Shown: positions 8,044-17,477, counted from the stretch's first letter. The stretch is DNA of 20,000 nucleotides from an uncultured virus (IMG/VR IMGVR_UViG_3300021400_004415) (IMGVR_UViG_3300021400_004415); one strand, 5' to 3'. The notes: generated by a model not told the origin, from the sequence alone. Translations and numbers: made by a program.

Positions 8044-8125
8044 AGTCTGATGGCGGAACGGGTATACGCGACGGTCTCAAAAGCCGTTTCCGGAAGGATT
8101 GAGGGTTCGATCCCCTCTCAGACTA
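8044..8125 (+). tRNA. tRNA-Leu (anticodon CAA)
   Basis: Acceptor stem AGTCTGA/TCAGACT, anticodon arm ACGGT-CTCAAAA-GCCGT, long variable arm, T arm GAGGG-TTCGATC-CCCTC, discriminator A. CCA is not encoded. Confidence 0.92.
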
Positions 8126-8133
8126 CAAGACAT

Positions 8134-8205
<72 letters not shown>

Positions 8206-8295
8206 CAAAGCAATCATTCTCGCTTTTTTGCAGTGCAAGTGCAGCTGCGATGATGATTTCTTTTTTCATTGTGTTTCATCAAGGTATTAACGAAA

Positions 8296-8328
8296 CAAGG
8301 GCACCCGGGAGGGTGCCTTTGCTTTTTT
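8296..8328 (+). terminator. Rho-independent terminator of the tRNA transcript
   Basis: CAAGGGCACCC-GGGA-GGGTGCCTTTG followed by CTTTTTT. Confidence 0.85.
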
Positions 8329-8348
8329 GAAGTATTGGAAGTAGTAGA

Positions 8349-8384
8349 TTAAAGGGCTTCCCCGAAGGAATCTCCGGGGAAGTC
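8349..8384 (-). terminator. Rho-independent terminator after the histone-H1-like gene
   Basis: Minus strand GACTTCCCCG...CGGGGAAGCC followed by CTTTAA, about 11 nt after the stop codon. Confidence 0.65.
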
Positions 8385-8395
8385 ATCGTCAACCG

Positions 8396-8569
8396 TTATT
8401 TCGAGAATTCAACGGAGATTTTGCGGAACTCCTTGAGTTCCTTCATCAGTTCGAGGGCGACCTTGCGGGCGCGTGCACCTGCGGCCTTGTTGCCTTTTTC
8501 GAGCTGTGCGGCGGATTCCTGCTGGAAGGCTGCCATGTCGGCATTGATTTTTGCTACGAGTTCTTTCAT
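8396..8569 (-). CDS. Histone H1-like (Hc1 family) nucleoid-associated protein, 57 aa
   Basis: Hand translation: MKELVAKINADMAAFQQESAAQLEKGNKAAGARARKVALELMKELKEFRKISVEFSK. The GNKAAG.RARK..LEL.K.LKEFRK.S signature matches Bacteroidetes histone H1-like proteins. It is below the ORF-track size cut-off. Confidence 0.9.
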   Translation of the reverse strand: MKELVAKINADMAAFQQESAAQLEKGNKAAGARARKVALELMKELKEFRKISVEFSK

Positions 8570-8611
8570 GTTTGAAAAGTGTTTAAAAGTTAATGTATAA
8601 GGTGTTTTATG

Positions 8612-10657
8612 TCATTCCGGCATGTCTTCCGGTATGATTTCATCAAGGAATCGGCTGGGGTCCGAAGGCTCTGTCTTTCCGTATTTCCAGCGGTTTTCGC
8701 AGGAGGTGATGATAAGTTCGTTACGGGCTCGTGTCATGGATACATAGAACAGTCTTCGTTCCTCTTCGAGGTCGAAGGGCGTAGAGTCGTTCCTGAGGGC
8801 CGGGTAAAGCCCCTCTTCGGCTCCGGCGATGAAGACTGTGTCGTACTCCAGTCCCTTGGCTGAGTGTGAGGTCATCAGTGAGACGGAGTCCCCGTCATTC
8901 TCTTGACGGTCAACGGCCGAAAGGAGGGCGATGTTCTCAAGATAGTCCCCAAGGGAGGTTTTTGGTACGCCGCCCTCTCCGGAGGAGTAATCCTGTTGCT
9001 GCTCGTCAAGGAAGTAGGAAATACCGTTCATCAGTTCATCGATGTTATTGCTTCTTTTTTGCCCGTCAGTGTCTTCGTCGTCTTTGTATAGGGCATAGAT
9101 ACCCGTCTTGTTGATGATGTCCGTAGCGGTCTCGAAAGCGTTGTTCCCGGCGTTTGCCGTGTCAAGCTGCTCGATCAGCGAGACAAAGGTTTTCAATGCT
9201 GCAATGGGCTTCGGCTTAAGTCCGCATTCGTCGTGGTCGAGGTCTTTGGCTTGTTCGAAGAGCGAGAGGCCCGTGAATGAGGTCCGGGCAAGGAGAGTGT
9301 TCAGCGTCTCGTCGCTGATTCCCCTGGCGGGTTTGTTGCAGATTCTCTTGAAGGACTCGTCGTCGTTGTGGTTGATGACGAGTTTCATGTAGGCCAGCAC
9401 GTCCTTTATTTCCATTCTTTCGAAGAAGGACATGCCAGAGTATATGACGTAGGGGATATGTTTTTTCAGCAAGGCGTCCTCCAGTTCCCTCGCCTGGGCG
9501 TTGGTCCTGTAGAGGACGGCCATGGTGTTCCAGCCCTGCCCTTTATCGTGGGCCGCATTCATCCGGTCTGCAATGAAACGGGCTTCCAGACGGTCGTTCT
9601 TGACGAACTGGATTTCCACTTCGTTTCCCCCGGAACGGGACGCGTAGCAGTGCTTGTCAAGACGGCCCTCGTTGTTTTCGATGAGGGCGTTGGCGGCATC
9701 TACGATGAACGGAGTGGAACGGTAGTTCATCTCGAGGCGGAACTGCCGGCAGCCGGGATGGTCCTTCTGGAAGTTAAGGATATTCTCAATCTTTGCCCCA
9801 CGGAAGGCATAGATGGACTGCGAGTCATCTCCGACGACGCATACGTTGCCGTGCACTGCGGTGAGCATGGTGAGTATCTTGTACTGGATGACGTTGGTGT
9901 CCTGATATTCATCCACAAGGACGTAACGGAAACGTGAGGATACTTGTCTTGCGATATCCGGGTAGTTCTTGAAAAGGAAGAAGGTATAGACGAGGATATC
10001 ATCGAAGTCCATTGCGTTGGAACGTTTGCAGCGTTTCATGTAGGCTTCGTAGATCTCCGGCATCCTGTCTCGTCCGAGATGGATATCATAACTTACAAGT
10101 TCACTGTCCGAACGATAGTCGGAAGGGACGATGAATGCGTTTTTGAGAAGGGATATCCTTGAAGAGACGTCTTTGATTTTATAGACCTTCTCAAGCATTC
10201 TCTTTCGGGCTTTCTTCTGTTCGTCCGACAGGCTTTTGACATAAGCTTTGTCTTTCCACTGTGGCCCGTAGAGCGTTTCGCCGATGATGTCCTTGAGGCA
10301 ATTGTCGGCATCTTCCTTATCGAAGATGGTGAAGTTCGACGGGAAGGTGATATAATCGTGGTATTCACGTAGGAACCGGATAAAGACGGAGTGGAACGTG
10401 CCCATTACGAGCTTTTTAGCTTGGGGGCCTGCGAGTTTTTCTATTCGTTCACGCATCTCACCCGCAGCCTTCTTCGTGAAGGTAAGGGCGAGTATCTCCC
10501 AGGGTGCGACCCCGTCGAGGAGGTGCATGGCTATGCGTGAGGTCAGAACACGTGTCTTTCCGGAGCCTGCTCCTGCGTTGATGAGGATGGGACCGTCTTT
10601 TGCCAGTACAGCGGCACGCTGTTCATCATTAAGGTTTTCAAGTAGCTTCTCGTACAT
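8612..10657 (-). CDS. pcrA: UvrD/PcrA family SF1A DNA helicase
   Basis: Motifs AGAGSGKT, LTFTKKAA, LVDEYQD, VGDDSQSIYAFRGA, NYRST, YRTNAQ, HSAKGLEY and EERRLFYVSMTRA. Confidence 0.95.
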   Translation of the reverse strand: MYEKLLENLNDEQRAAVLAKDGPILINAGAGSGKTRVLTSRIAMHLLDGVAPWEILALTFTKKAAGEMRERIEKLAGPQAKKLVMGTFHSVFIRFLREYHDYITFPSNFTIFDKEDADNCLKDIIGETLYGPQWKDKAYVKSLSDEQKKARKRMLEKVYKIKDVSSRISLLKNAFIVPSDYRSDSELVSYDIHLGRDRMPEIYEAYMKRCKRSNAMDFDDILVYTFFLFKNYPDIARQVSSRFRYVLVDEYQDTNVIQYKILTMLTAVHGNVCVVGDDSQSIYAFRGAKIENILNFQKDHPGCRQFRLEMNYRSTPFIVDAANALIENNEGRLDKHCYASRSGGNEVEIQFVKNDRLEARFIADRMNAAHDKGQGWNTMAVLYRTNAQARELEDALLKKHIPYVIYSGMSFFERMEIKDVLAYMKLVINHNDDESFKRICNKPARGISDETLNTLLARTSFTGLSLFEQAKDLDHDECGLKPKPIAALKTFVSLIEQLDTANAGNNAFETATDIINKTGIYALYKDDEDTDGQKRSNNIDELMNGISYFLDEQQQDYSSGEGGVPKTSLGDYLENIALLSAVDRQENDGDSVSLMTSHSAKGLEYDTVFIAGAEEGLYPALRNDSTPFDLEEERRLFYVSMTRARNELIITSCENRWKYGKTEPSDPSRFLDEIIPEDMPE

Positions 10658-10662
10658 ATCAG

Positions 10663-10840
10663 AATTTTTGTTTCAGCCGTGGCAGTTCTTAATTTTGCAC
10701 TGCCCTACCGCATTAGATGGGCGCGACGCGACCATAGCGCGGCAGGACAGTGCGGGACAGGAACTGCGCTTCCGGGACGTCAAGGGAGAAAAGCGTCAGG
10801 CGCACCCTTGACGCTCCCAGGAAAGGCTGTTTCAAAATTT
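10663..10840 (+). promoter_or_regulatory. Candidate single-stranded-DNA promoter/primer site (Frpo/ssi-like fold-back)
   Basis: Branched fold-back that pairs the TTTG box (10667-10670) and leaves the TAATTTTG box (10690-10697) mispaired. The spacer is 19 nt. Confidence 0.6.
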
Positions 10841-10864
10841 TGTCACTTTTCTGAAAATTTGACA

Positions 10865-11698
10865 TTATTTTGATGTTTTTCTGTATGGAACTGGTTCCAT
10901 GCCGTGCAGTTTGTAGAAGTACACTGTATAGAGTGCCGCAAGGAAGGCTGGCATGTAGCCCCTTGTCTCCGAAGGAAGGTATTGGTAGATTGTCCAGTAG
11001 TCGTCGGTCTCTGCTTTCCTTACGGCTTTCATCACGTTACCTGAGCCGCAGTTGTATGCGCTGATGGCGAGCGGCCACGAGCCCCAGCGACGGTAGGCGT
11101 CCCGGAGGTATTTCGCTGCCGCCCTGGTGGACGGTTCTTTCTCGAAGCGTTCGTCAATGAGTTCGTTGCATTCAAGCCCGTAACGCCTTGCTGTGTCCGG
11201 CATCAGTTGCCACAGGCCCGCTGCGCCAGCCGGGGAGACGGCGTTGGGGTTGAGAGCGGACTCGACTATAGCCAGGGCGGTCAGGTCCTCCGGCACGCCG
11301 TAGGCGCGGAAGATGCTGCGCATCTGCCCTTCCTCGGCGAGGTACTTGCCGAGGATTCGGAGGAGCTGGCGGCGGTGGTTGACTATATAATCCGCTATCT
11401 GCGCTTCAAGGATGTCGTTGTATGGAACGAGGAACTGTTGCGGAAGGAGGTTGATACGTGCCCCCAGTACGCTTTCGGACGGGAGGTCTGTCGGGGCGTA
11501 CGGAACGACGGGTTCCGGAGCCTCCGCCGGGGCAGGCTCCGTCGGGGCTTCCTCTTCGGCGAACTTCCACGTATCGAGGCTTGCGATATTCCCCTTCCAT
11601 TCCGTGATGGGTTCTTCGTCCAGGGAATGAATTATCTGTGCCCCCATAGGGAGGCACAGTGTGAGGAAAAGCGTGCAGACAAGGAGATTTTTTATCAT
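10865..11698 (-). CDS. Secreted lytic transglycosylase (SLT domain, MltD-like, no LysM)
   Basis: Signal peptide plus motifs LAIVES, AVSPAGAAGLWQLMP, AYNCG and ETRGY. Confidence 0.92.
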   Translation of the reverse strand: MIKNLLVCTLFLTLCLPMGAQIIHSLDEEPITEWKGNIASLDTWKFAEEEAPTEPAPAEAPEPVVPYAPTDLPSESVLGARINLLPQQFLVPYNDILEAQIADYIVNHRRQLLRILGKYLAEEGQMRSIFRAYGVPEDLTALAIVESALNPNAVSPAGAAGLWQLMPDTARRYGLECNELIDERFEKEPSTRAAAKYLRDAYRRWGSWPLAISAYNCGSGNVMKAVRKAETDDYWTIYQYLPSETRGYMPAFLAALYTVYFYKLHGMEPVPYRKTSK

Positions 11699-12460
11699 TT
11701 ACGGTTGCTTTGGTTGTGAGTAATCTTGAGTTTCTTTATATTCGAATTGTACTATTTCTCGTCCGGGAAATTTTTTCTCAAGATACTTTTTTGCTTCTTC
11801 TTTGTTTTGGATTTCTGGAGGAAAGTCGCATGTTGTTCTTGTATTGTCATTGATATAGTAGAAGTATTTCCATTCAGGCCCGTTTCCGAAGTCATGTATG
11901 TAATAGGCTATACTGCGGTTGAGCATGATTATGTGTTCTTCCATCTCATCTATTGAGAGGCTTTTAAATGACATCATGGGTTGTTCTTCTTCTGAGCCGA
12001 AATGTTCTATGATGTTGTATTTTATTTCTTCAAACATTCCTTGAGCATCATCATAGCTGCTTTCTTCAAACCATTTTAGTTCTCGTTTCCAGTGATGATG
12101 TTGGTCTTCTTCCCAGCCTTCTTTTTTTAGTTTTTCTTTCAGTTCTAGGTAGTGTTCGTAATCTTTATAGCTTATCTTATTGAGAAGCCATTCTGTATTT
12201 GTTGAAGCACAGTATATTTTTATTCTTTTGCCTGGTTGTTCTTTATAGTTTACTTTGAGGAACAGGAAGTCTCCGTCTAAACAATTCGGCGGAGTGTATG
12301 GTGATAAATCTGAAATATCTGTCGGGAAGTATGCAATATTATCCGGATTATTGAAATAGTCCGGATCTTCAAAGCTCAAGCGTCCCGGGAAGCGGTTTTT
12401 AATCCATTCGAGAAAATTATACTCCGCTTTTATTTTTTTTCTTTGTAGAAGGGTAAACAT
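11699..12460 (-). CDS. AT-rich hypothetical protein (253 aa)
   Basis: Probable start MFTLL at 12460, 8 nt after the topB stop. The stop abuts the SLT start. Confidence 0.75.
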   Translation of the reverse strand: MFTLLQRKKIKAEYNFLEWIKNRFPGRLSFEDPDYFNNPDNIAYFPTDISDLSPYTPPNCLDGDFLFLKVNYKEQPGKRIKIYCASTNTEWLLNKISYKDYEHYLELKEKLKKEGWEEDQHHHWKRELKWFEESSYDDAQGMFEEIKYNIIEHFGSEEEQPMMSFKSLSIDEMEEHIIMLNRSIAYYIHDFGNGPEWKYFYYINDNTRTTCDFPPEIQNKEEAKKYLEKKFPGREIVQFEYKETQDYSQPKQP

Positions 12461-12468
12461 ATAGTGTA

Positions 12469-14658
12469 TTATTTTTTGTTGAACTGTAGTTTGGCGTTGG
12501 CGTATCTTCGCCCGTCTTTTTCGCTCAGTTCGAGCTTCAGCCAGGCGTCGAAGGGTTTTCCCGTCTTGGTGGAGATGAAGCCCTTGACGAGCCCCGTATA
12601 GCCTTTCTCGAAGAGATGCTTCACGGTCGTGGTTCCGAGTCTTTTCTTGAACACTGTCCGGTTGAAGTACAGCCCGCATTCGCGGTTGGAACAGATAGCC
12701 TTGTCATCCCATACCCGCATCACGGAGTGGCAGATGGGACAGACGATGGCGTCGGCTGCCGCCGCCCGGACGATCTCGTTACCGATGGTGAGGTTGCTCA
12801 GCTGATTGGTTATCTTCTCCGTATAGGTGCGGATATTCGTGTCGAAGCTTCGGGCTTCCATTTTAGCGTCGGCAATGGCCGTAAGGGCTATCTCCCAGCG
12901 CCCGGTCATCTCCACGTCGGCGATAGTCATGTCCTTGACAAGGTTATACACTTCAAGGCCCGTCTCAGTGGGGATGATTTTCTTGCCTTCTTTCTTGAGG
13001 AACTTACGCTGGTTGATAAGGATGGCAAGTATCCCGGCACGTGTTGCCACGGTGCCGATACCGCATTCCTTGAGGGCGTCCTTCACTTCCTCGTCCTCGA
13101 CCTCCTTGCCCGCGTACTTCATTGCCTTGATAAGGCTGTCGTAGGTATAGAGAGGCTTCGGCTTGGTCTTGCCCTGTACCGTCTCTGCTTTCTTTACGGA
13201 CAGTATATCACCCTGCTGGAGCGGAGGTACTTCCTGAACGGGTTCCTTGTCAGGGTCGTTCTCTTCCGTTTTTTCCGCTGTGTCCTTCGCACCTTCACCA
13301 AGCACGGCTTTCCAGCCGGGCTTCTCTACTTTAGTGGAGGAGGCGGTGAATTCTTCCCCGCCGCAGGTGAAGCGATAGGAGGACACCAGCGTCTCGCAGT
13401 TGGGAGAGAACGCCTGGAGCATCCTTTCCGCCACGAGCATGTAGATGTTAGCCTCCTTCTGGGGCAGGCCGTCAGGCCCTTTCCCTTCAAGAAGGAGTGC
13501 GTGGTGGTCGGTCACCTTGCCGTCGTTGACGCTCCGTTTGTTGAGTTCGGCGTAGGGCGTTGCCTTGAGCCCTGCGGCGTATTGCTTGAGCGGCCCGTCA
13601 GGGAGACTGGAGGCAAGCTGTGCGAGCCTCCTGGGTATGGTCTTCATCATGTCCCAGGGGATGAAGGTCGAACCGGTACGGGGATAGGTAACCAGTTTCT
13701 TCTCGTAGAGACTCTGTAGGAGTGACAGTGCCTCGTCCGGCGAGTAGTCGTAACGTCTGGAAGCCTCCTGTTGCAAGGACGTCAGGTCGTGCAGCAGGGG
13801 CGCTTTCAGCGTGACCGGCTCCGTCTTTGCTTCCGTCACTTTCACGAGGGTGTTCTCGCACCTCTTGACGACGGAGTTGGATTCCTCGAAGGAGGTGAAG
13901 CGTTTGACGGACTGTATCTGGAAGGCTTTGCCTTTTGATTCGGTCTTTATCCTTACCACCCAGAATGGTGTGGAGACGAACTGTTTGTTCTCCATGTAAC
14001 GCTTGCACACCAGCGCTAGCGTAGGTGTCTGCACCCTTCCGAGCGAGAAGACGCGGCGGTCGGCGGGATTGGCTTTCCTTATGGCGAGGGTTAGAGCCTC
14101 GGTGGCGTTCAGCCCGACAAGCCAGTCCGCTTCGTTGCGGGCCTTCCCCGCAAGGAAGAGCGGTTCATACTCGCTCGCGGGACGGAGCGAAGCGAGGCCC
14201 GTGCGGATGGCTTCATCGGTGTTGGACGACACCCAGAGGCGGAGGACGGGCTTGCGGCACCTTTCGTTGCGCTCGCAGACGTATTCGTAGATATACTTCT
14301 GTATAAGCTCGCCCTCGCGTCCGGCATCACCGCAGTTGATGATGCGGTTGGAGTTGGCGAAGAGCATCTCTATGATGGAGAGTTGCTTGGCTTTGCCCGG
14401 ATCGGGCTTCCCGTCTTTCTGCGCCACCCGCAGCTTGAAGGCCGGAGGAAGGACAGGCAGGCTCTCGGCCTGCCAGTGCCTGCTCCGGTACTCTTCCCCT
14501 TCGTCCAGCTCCACGAGGTGACCGAAGGCCCAGGTGACGGCTGCGCGTTCGCCGTTAAGGCTCCCGCCGTCGATGTAACCGTCGTGTCGTTCCTTTGCCC
14601 CTATGATACGGGCGAGGTCGGCTCCGAAGGACGGTTTCTCTGCTATGAGCACTATCAT
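12469..14658 (-). CDS. topB: DNA topoisomerase III (type IA)
   Basis: TOPRIM AEKPS / DAGREGE, GRVQTPTL, catalytic TYPRT, DHHA, GIGTVATRA, and a C-terminal Zn-ribbon (CPIC...CSNREC) with a GFIS..GKPFDA repeat. Confidence 0.95.
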   Translation of the reverse strand: MIVLIAEKPSFGADLARIIGAKERHDGYIDGGSLNGERAAVTWAFGHLVELDEGEEYRSRHWQAESLPVLPPAFKLRVAQKDGKPDPGKAKQLSIIEMLFANSNRIINCGDAGREGELIQKYIYEYVCERNERCRKPVLRLWVSSNTDEAIRTGLASLRPASEYEPLFLAGKARNEADWLVGLNATEALTLAIRKANPADRRVFSLGRVQTPTLALVCKRYMENKQFVSTPFWVVRIKTESKGKAFQIQSVKRFTSFEESNSVVKRCENTLVKVTEAKTEPVTLKAPLLHDLTSLQQEASRRYDYSPDEALSLLQSLYEKKLVTYPRTGSTFIPWDMMKTIPRRLAQLASSLPDGPLKQYAAGLKATPYAELNKRSVNDGKVTDHHALLLEGKGPDGLPQKEANIYMLVAERMLQAFSPNCETLVSSYRFTCGGEEFTASSTKVEKPGWKAVLGEGAKDTAEKTEENDPDKEPVQEVPPLQQGDILSVKKAETVQGKTKPKPLYTYDSLIKAMKYAGKEVEDEEVKDALKECGIGTVATRAGILAILINQRKFLKKEGKKIIPTETGLEVYNLVKDMTIADVEMTGRWEIALTAIADAKMEARSFDTNIRTYTEKITNQLSNLTIGNEIVRAAAADAIVCPICHSVMRVWDDKAICSNRECGLYFNRTVFKKRLGTTTVKHLFEKGYTGLVKGFISTKTGKPFDAWLKLELSEKDGRRYANAKLQFNKK

Positions 14659-14673
14659 AAGCTTGAGTTTTTA

Positions 14674-15195
14674 TCAGTTCGTTTCAGTTGCGTTCTGGAC
14701 CATTATGCGGGTTATGTGCTGGCATACGATAGATGCTGCGTCCACATCCCGGAAGGTCTTCTTATATCCGTCCTTTGTTATGATGGCGATATCACCGTCC
14801 TCGGGACGGCTGATGGATACCTGCCGTTCGGAGTAACCGAATTCGATGTCTTCCATGGGGATTTCATCGTACTTCGGGGACAGGGAGTATTGATAACGGA
14901 CGAGTCTTTTATCGGTAAGGATAATCCTTTGCGTAATGAGCCTTACGATGTCGTTGATGTAGTACACTATCATCACGCCCATTAAGGCGAACAGGAGGCC
15001 CTTGCCGATGGTCACCATGAGACCGAAGGTGGAGACCGGGTCAAGGTCTTCCTCGGTGAACCATAGGTTCAGCACGAGGTAGACCGTCACTGCGGACAGG
15101 AGTACGAGGTAGATGATGTCTTTGATGATTGCGGGTTGTGATGAGCGTCTTTCTTCGAGGACGGTTTCATCCTGATGTTTGATAAACTGTTTCAT
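14674..15195 (-). CDS. Membrane protein with bacterial PH-like domain
   Basis: Two hydrophobic helices followed by ILTDKRLV...EIPMEDI...GDIAIIT...F.DV, a bPH-like pattern. Confidence 0.6.
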   Translation of the reverse strand: MKQFIKHQDETVLEERRSSQPAIIKDIIYLVLLSAVTVYLVLNLWFTEEDLDPVSTFGLMVTIGKGLLFALMGVMIVYYINDIVRLITQRIILTDKRLVRYQYSLSPKYDEIPMEDIEFGYSERQVSISRPEDGDIAIITKDGYKKTFRDVDAASIVCQHITRIMVQNATETN

Positions 15196-15215
15196 GGTAT
15201 GTGTTTTTTAAGTGA

Positions 15216-17453
15216 TTATTCTTGTTTCCCTTCAAGGATTTTCTTTATCGGGTCTTCGGACTCCTCCTCTTCTATCTCAGTCTCGTCCGTTATTTCTTCG
15301 TCCTCCGGCAGTTCTTCGTGAATGAGGTCACGTATATCCTGTTTGATTTGTTTGTAGTTCTTGTCTACGACGATGGCTACATTCTCTTCAATCATCTTTT
15401 CGGCCTCTGCCATAAGGAGTTCTTCTATCTTGCCCTTTGACAGGGTCTTTATGAGGGCCTGTTTCCTGAGTTCCATTTCCTCCGTATCGGAGATGATTCC
15501 TTGTTCAAGGAGTTGCCCTGTAGCCCAGTCATCTAGGATTTGGTTACGAAGCTGGTCTTCGTGGACCGATTCGATGATGGCGTCATCGTCAAAGGAGGTG
15601 ATAAGCGGGAGTTTCTTGAATTTCTTTTCCTTTGCAATCCATTCCTTGACATTGATGTCCACTTCGCCACAGAAGAACTTGCGTTTGATTCTCTCTTTCT
15701 TGTTGTTGTTATCAGCTACCTTGCCGAAGAAGATACCCTGTGACAGGGTCTCAATCTTCGATACGGGCATGATATCCTCCTGGTGGAAGGATATCTGCAA
15801 GGATTCGGAGTCGACGTTTTGAGTCTGGCTCTGAGTCATCCGGTATTCCTTACCGAGGGAGTGGGAGAGGTCCTGGGCTGTCTTGCCGTTGACCTGTCCC
15901 GCTATGATGGTACCGACGGTATTGAAGATGACGTCGGCTTCCTTCTGGGTGTAGTCTCGTATGAGCTGTGTCTTGTCCTGTGCTCCGAAGACGATGGCTA
16001 CCTTGTTGGAACGGGCCGTTGCAATGAGGTTGTCGAGGCCCTTAAGGAAGATAGTCGGCAGCTCGTCGAGAAGGATGCCGCACTTGCGTTTATGCTTGCG
16101 GTTGGCAAGCTTGAACAGGCGGCTGGTATAGAGTGCCAGTACCGTTCCGTAGATTGCCTGGCGGTTGGGGTCGTTGCCGAGGCAGAGGATTTTCGGAGCG
16201 TCCGGCTCGTTGATGTCGAGGGTGAAGTCGTCTCCGGAGAGAACCCAGTAAAGGGCCGGGGATGACATCTTGTTAAGCACGATCTTCGCCGAGGCGAGCT
16301 GGCCCTGCAGCTGGTCCTGTGCTCCGCCCTCCAGGGCGTCGATGAAGGGGCCTATCTTGGTCTCCAGTTCTTCGTACTGTGATACGATGGCGAAGACTTT
16401 TTTGTAATCCTGTCCAAGGAGTTCGATAAGATGCGGGAAGGTGCAGTAGATACCTCCCTTATAGATAGACAGGAAGTAAATCAGGATATCCACGAAAAGG
16501 GTTGCGGAGCGGGAGAAGAAGTCCGGCTTTTCGAGGGATTCCGGAGAGACGTTGGTCCAGATGACTTCCGCTATCTCTGCGGAGTCGGCTGGATCCGTGA
16601 TGTAGTTACGGTGTATGGGGTTGCATCTGTGCGAGTAACGGGGGTTGTTGAAATTCAGCACGAAGAACTCCGGGGCCTTCGGGTCACGGATGTACTTCGG
16701 CGCGTCTTCAATCTTGCCGTAGGCGGGGTTCTTGACGGGCGGGTACTTCTCCAGGTACTCGTTATAGAGTATGGTTGACAGGTCCGGGAACTTGTAGTCA
16801 TACACGCACATGGTATAGTCCTTCTGCATCATCTGGTGGATGACGGGGTTATATATCGAGAAGGACTTACCGGAGCCGGGGGTGCCGAGAATCATCACGG
16901 CCCTGAAAGGGTTCACAATGTTTATCCATCCCCGATGCATCTTCTGCTTGTATTGGAATTTCGTCGGGAGGTTGATGCTGTCCGGTGTGTCAATGAGGTA
17001 CTCTGTTTGCTCGAAGGTCTCGTCTACGTCGTTAAGGGGCTTCTGGAAGCCCATGAGGTTACGGCTGATGGCTGCTATCGCCCAGCTGGAAAGGATATAC
17101 CCCGATACGGTCGTAAGGAAATAGAAATACGGGTTTTTCGGCCACACGAAGAAGAGGGCGATGCCGGCGGTGAGCCCTATGATTATGGCCGCCCAGCTGG
17201 TCTCCTTTCCTTTTCCGCTTCGCGTTATATGGGTGAGTGCCACCAGCAGCAGGATGATGACCTTCGACTGGAACGGCGTCTTGAAGATGCCGCTCTTGTG
17301 AAGTCCGATCATCAGGGAATCCACCACGGGATGATGGAGGCCGTAGGAGGCAAAGACCGGGTGGCAGTAGTAATAGATATTGACCAGCAATATCGCTGCC
17401 GCGAAGACGATGATGTAGTTGAACGTCTTTTCGTATTCTTGTTTGTTTGACAT
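15216..17453 (-). CDS. mobC: Type IV secretion coupling protein (VirD4/TraD-like, Bacteroidetes MobC/YWFCY family)
   Basis: N-terminal TM helices with IYYYC, GWINIVNPFRA, Walker A GTPGSGKS, YDYKFPDL, SHRCNP, Walker B LLDELPT, LIATARSNK and an acidic tail. Confidence 0.9.
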   Translation of the reverse strand: MSNKQEYEKTFNYIIVFAAAILLVNIYYYCHPVFASYGLHHPVVDSLMIGLHKSGIFKTPFQSKVIILLLVALTHITRSGKGKETSWAAIIIGLTAGIALFFVWPKNPYFYFLTTVSGYILSSWAIAAISRNLMGFQKPLNDVDETFEQTEYLIDTPDSINLPTKFQYKQKMHRGWINIVNPFRAVMILGTPGSGKSFSIYNPVIHQMMQKDYTMCVYDYKFPDLSTILYNEYLEKYPPVKNPAYGKIEDAPKYIRDPKAPEFFVLNFNNPRYSHRCNPIHRNYITDPADSAEIAEVIWTNVSPESLEKPDFFSRSATLFVDILIYFLSIYKGGIYCTFPHLIELLGQDYKKVFAIVSQYEELETKIGPFIDALEGGAQDQLQGQLASAKIVLNKMSSPALYWVLSGDDFTLDINEPDAPKILCLGNDPNRQAIYGTVLALYTSRLFKLANRKHKRKCGILLDELPTIFLKGLDNLIATARSNKVAIVFGAQDKTQLIRDYTQKEADVIFNTVGTIIAGQVNGKTAQDLSHSLGKEYRMTQSQTQNVDSESLQISFHQEDIMPVSKIETLSQGIFFGKVADNNNKKERIKRKFFCGEVDINVKEWIAKEKKFKKLPLITSFDDDAIIESVHEDQLRNQILDDWATGQLLEQGIISDTEEMELRKQALIKTLSKGKIEELLMAEAEKMIEENVAIVVDKNYKQIKQDIRDLIHEELPEDEEITDETEIEEEESEDPIKKILEGKQE

Positions 17454-17477
17454 ATCGGGGTATGTTAAGTCTGATAT

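Noticed and set aside
8212..8266. Imperfect hairpin (AATCAT/ATGATT, TCGC/GCGA) followed by a T-run after tRNA-fMet
   Set aside because: The pairing is weak and interrupted, and a much better terminator lies at 8296-8328.
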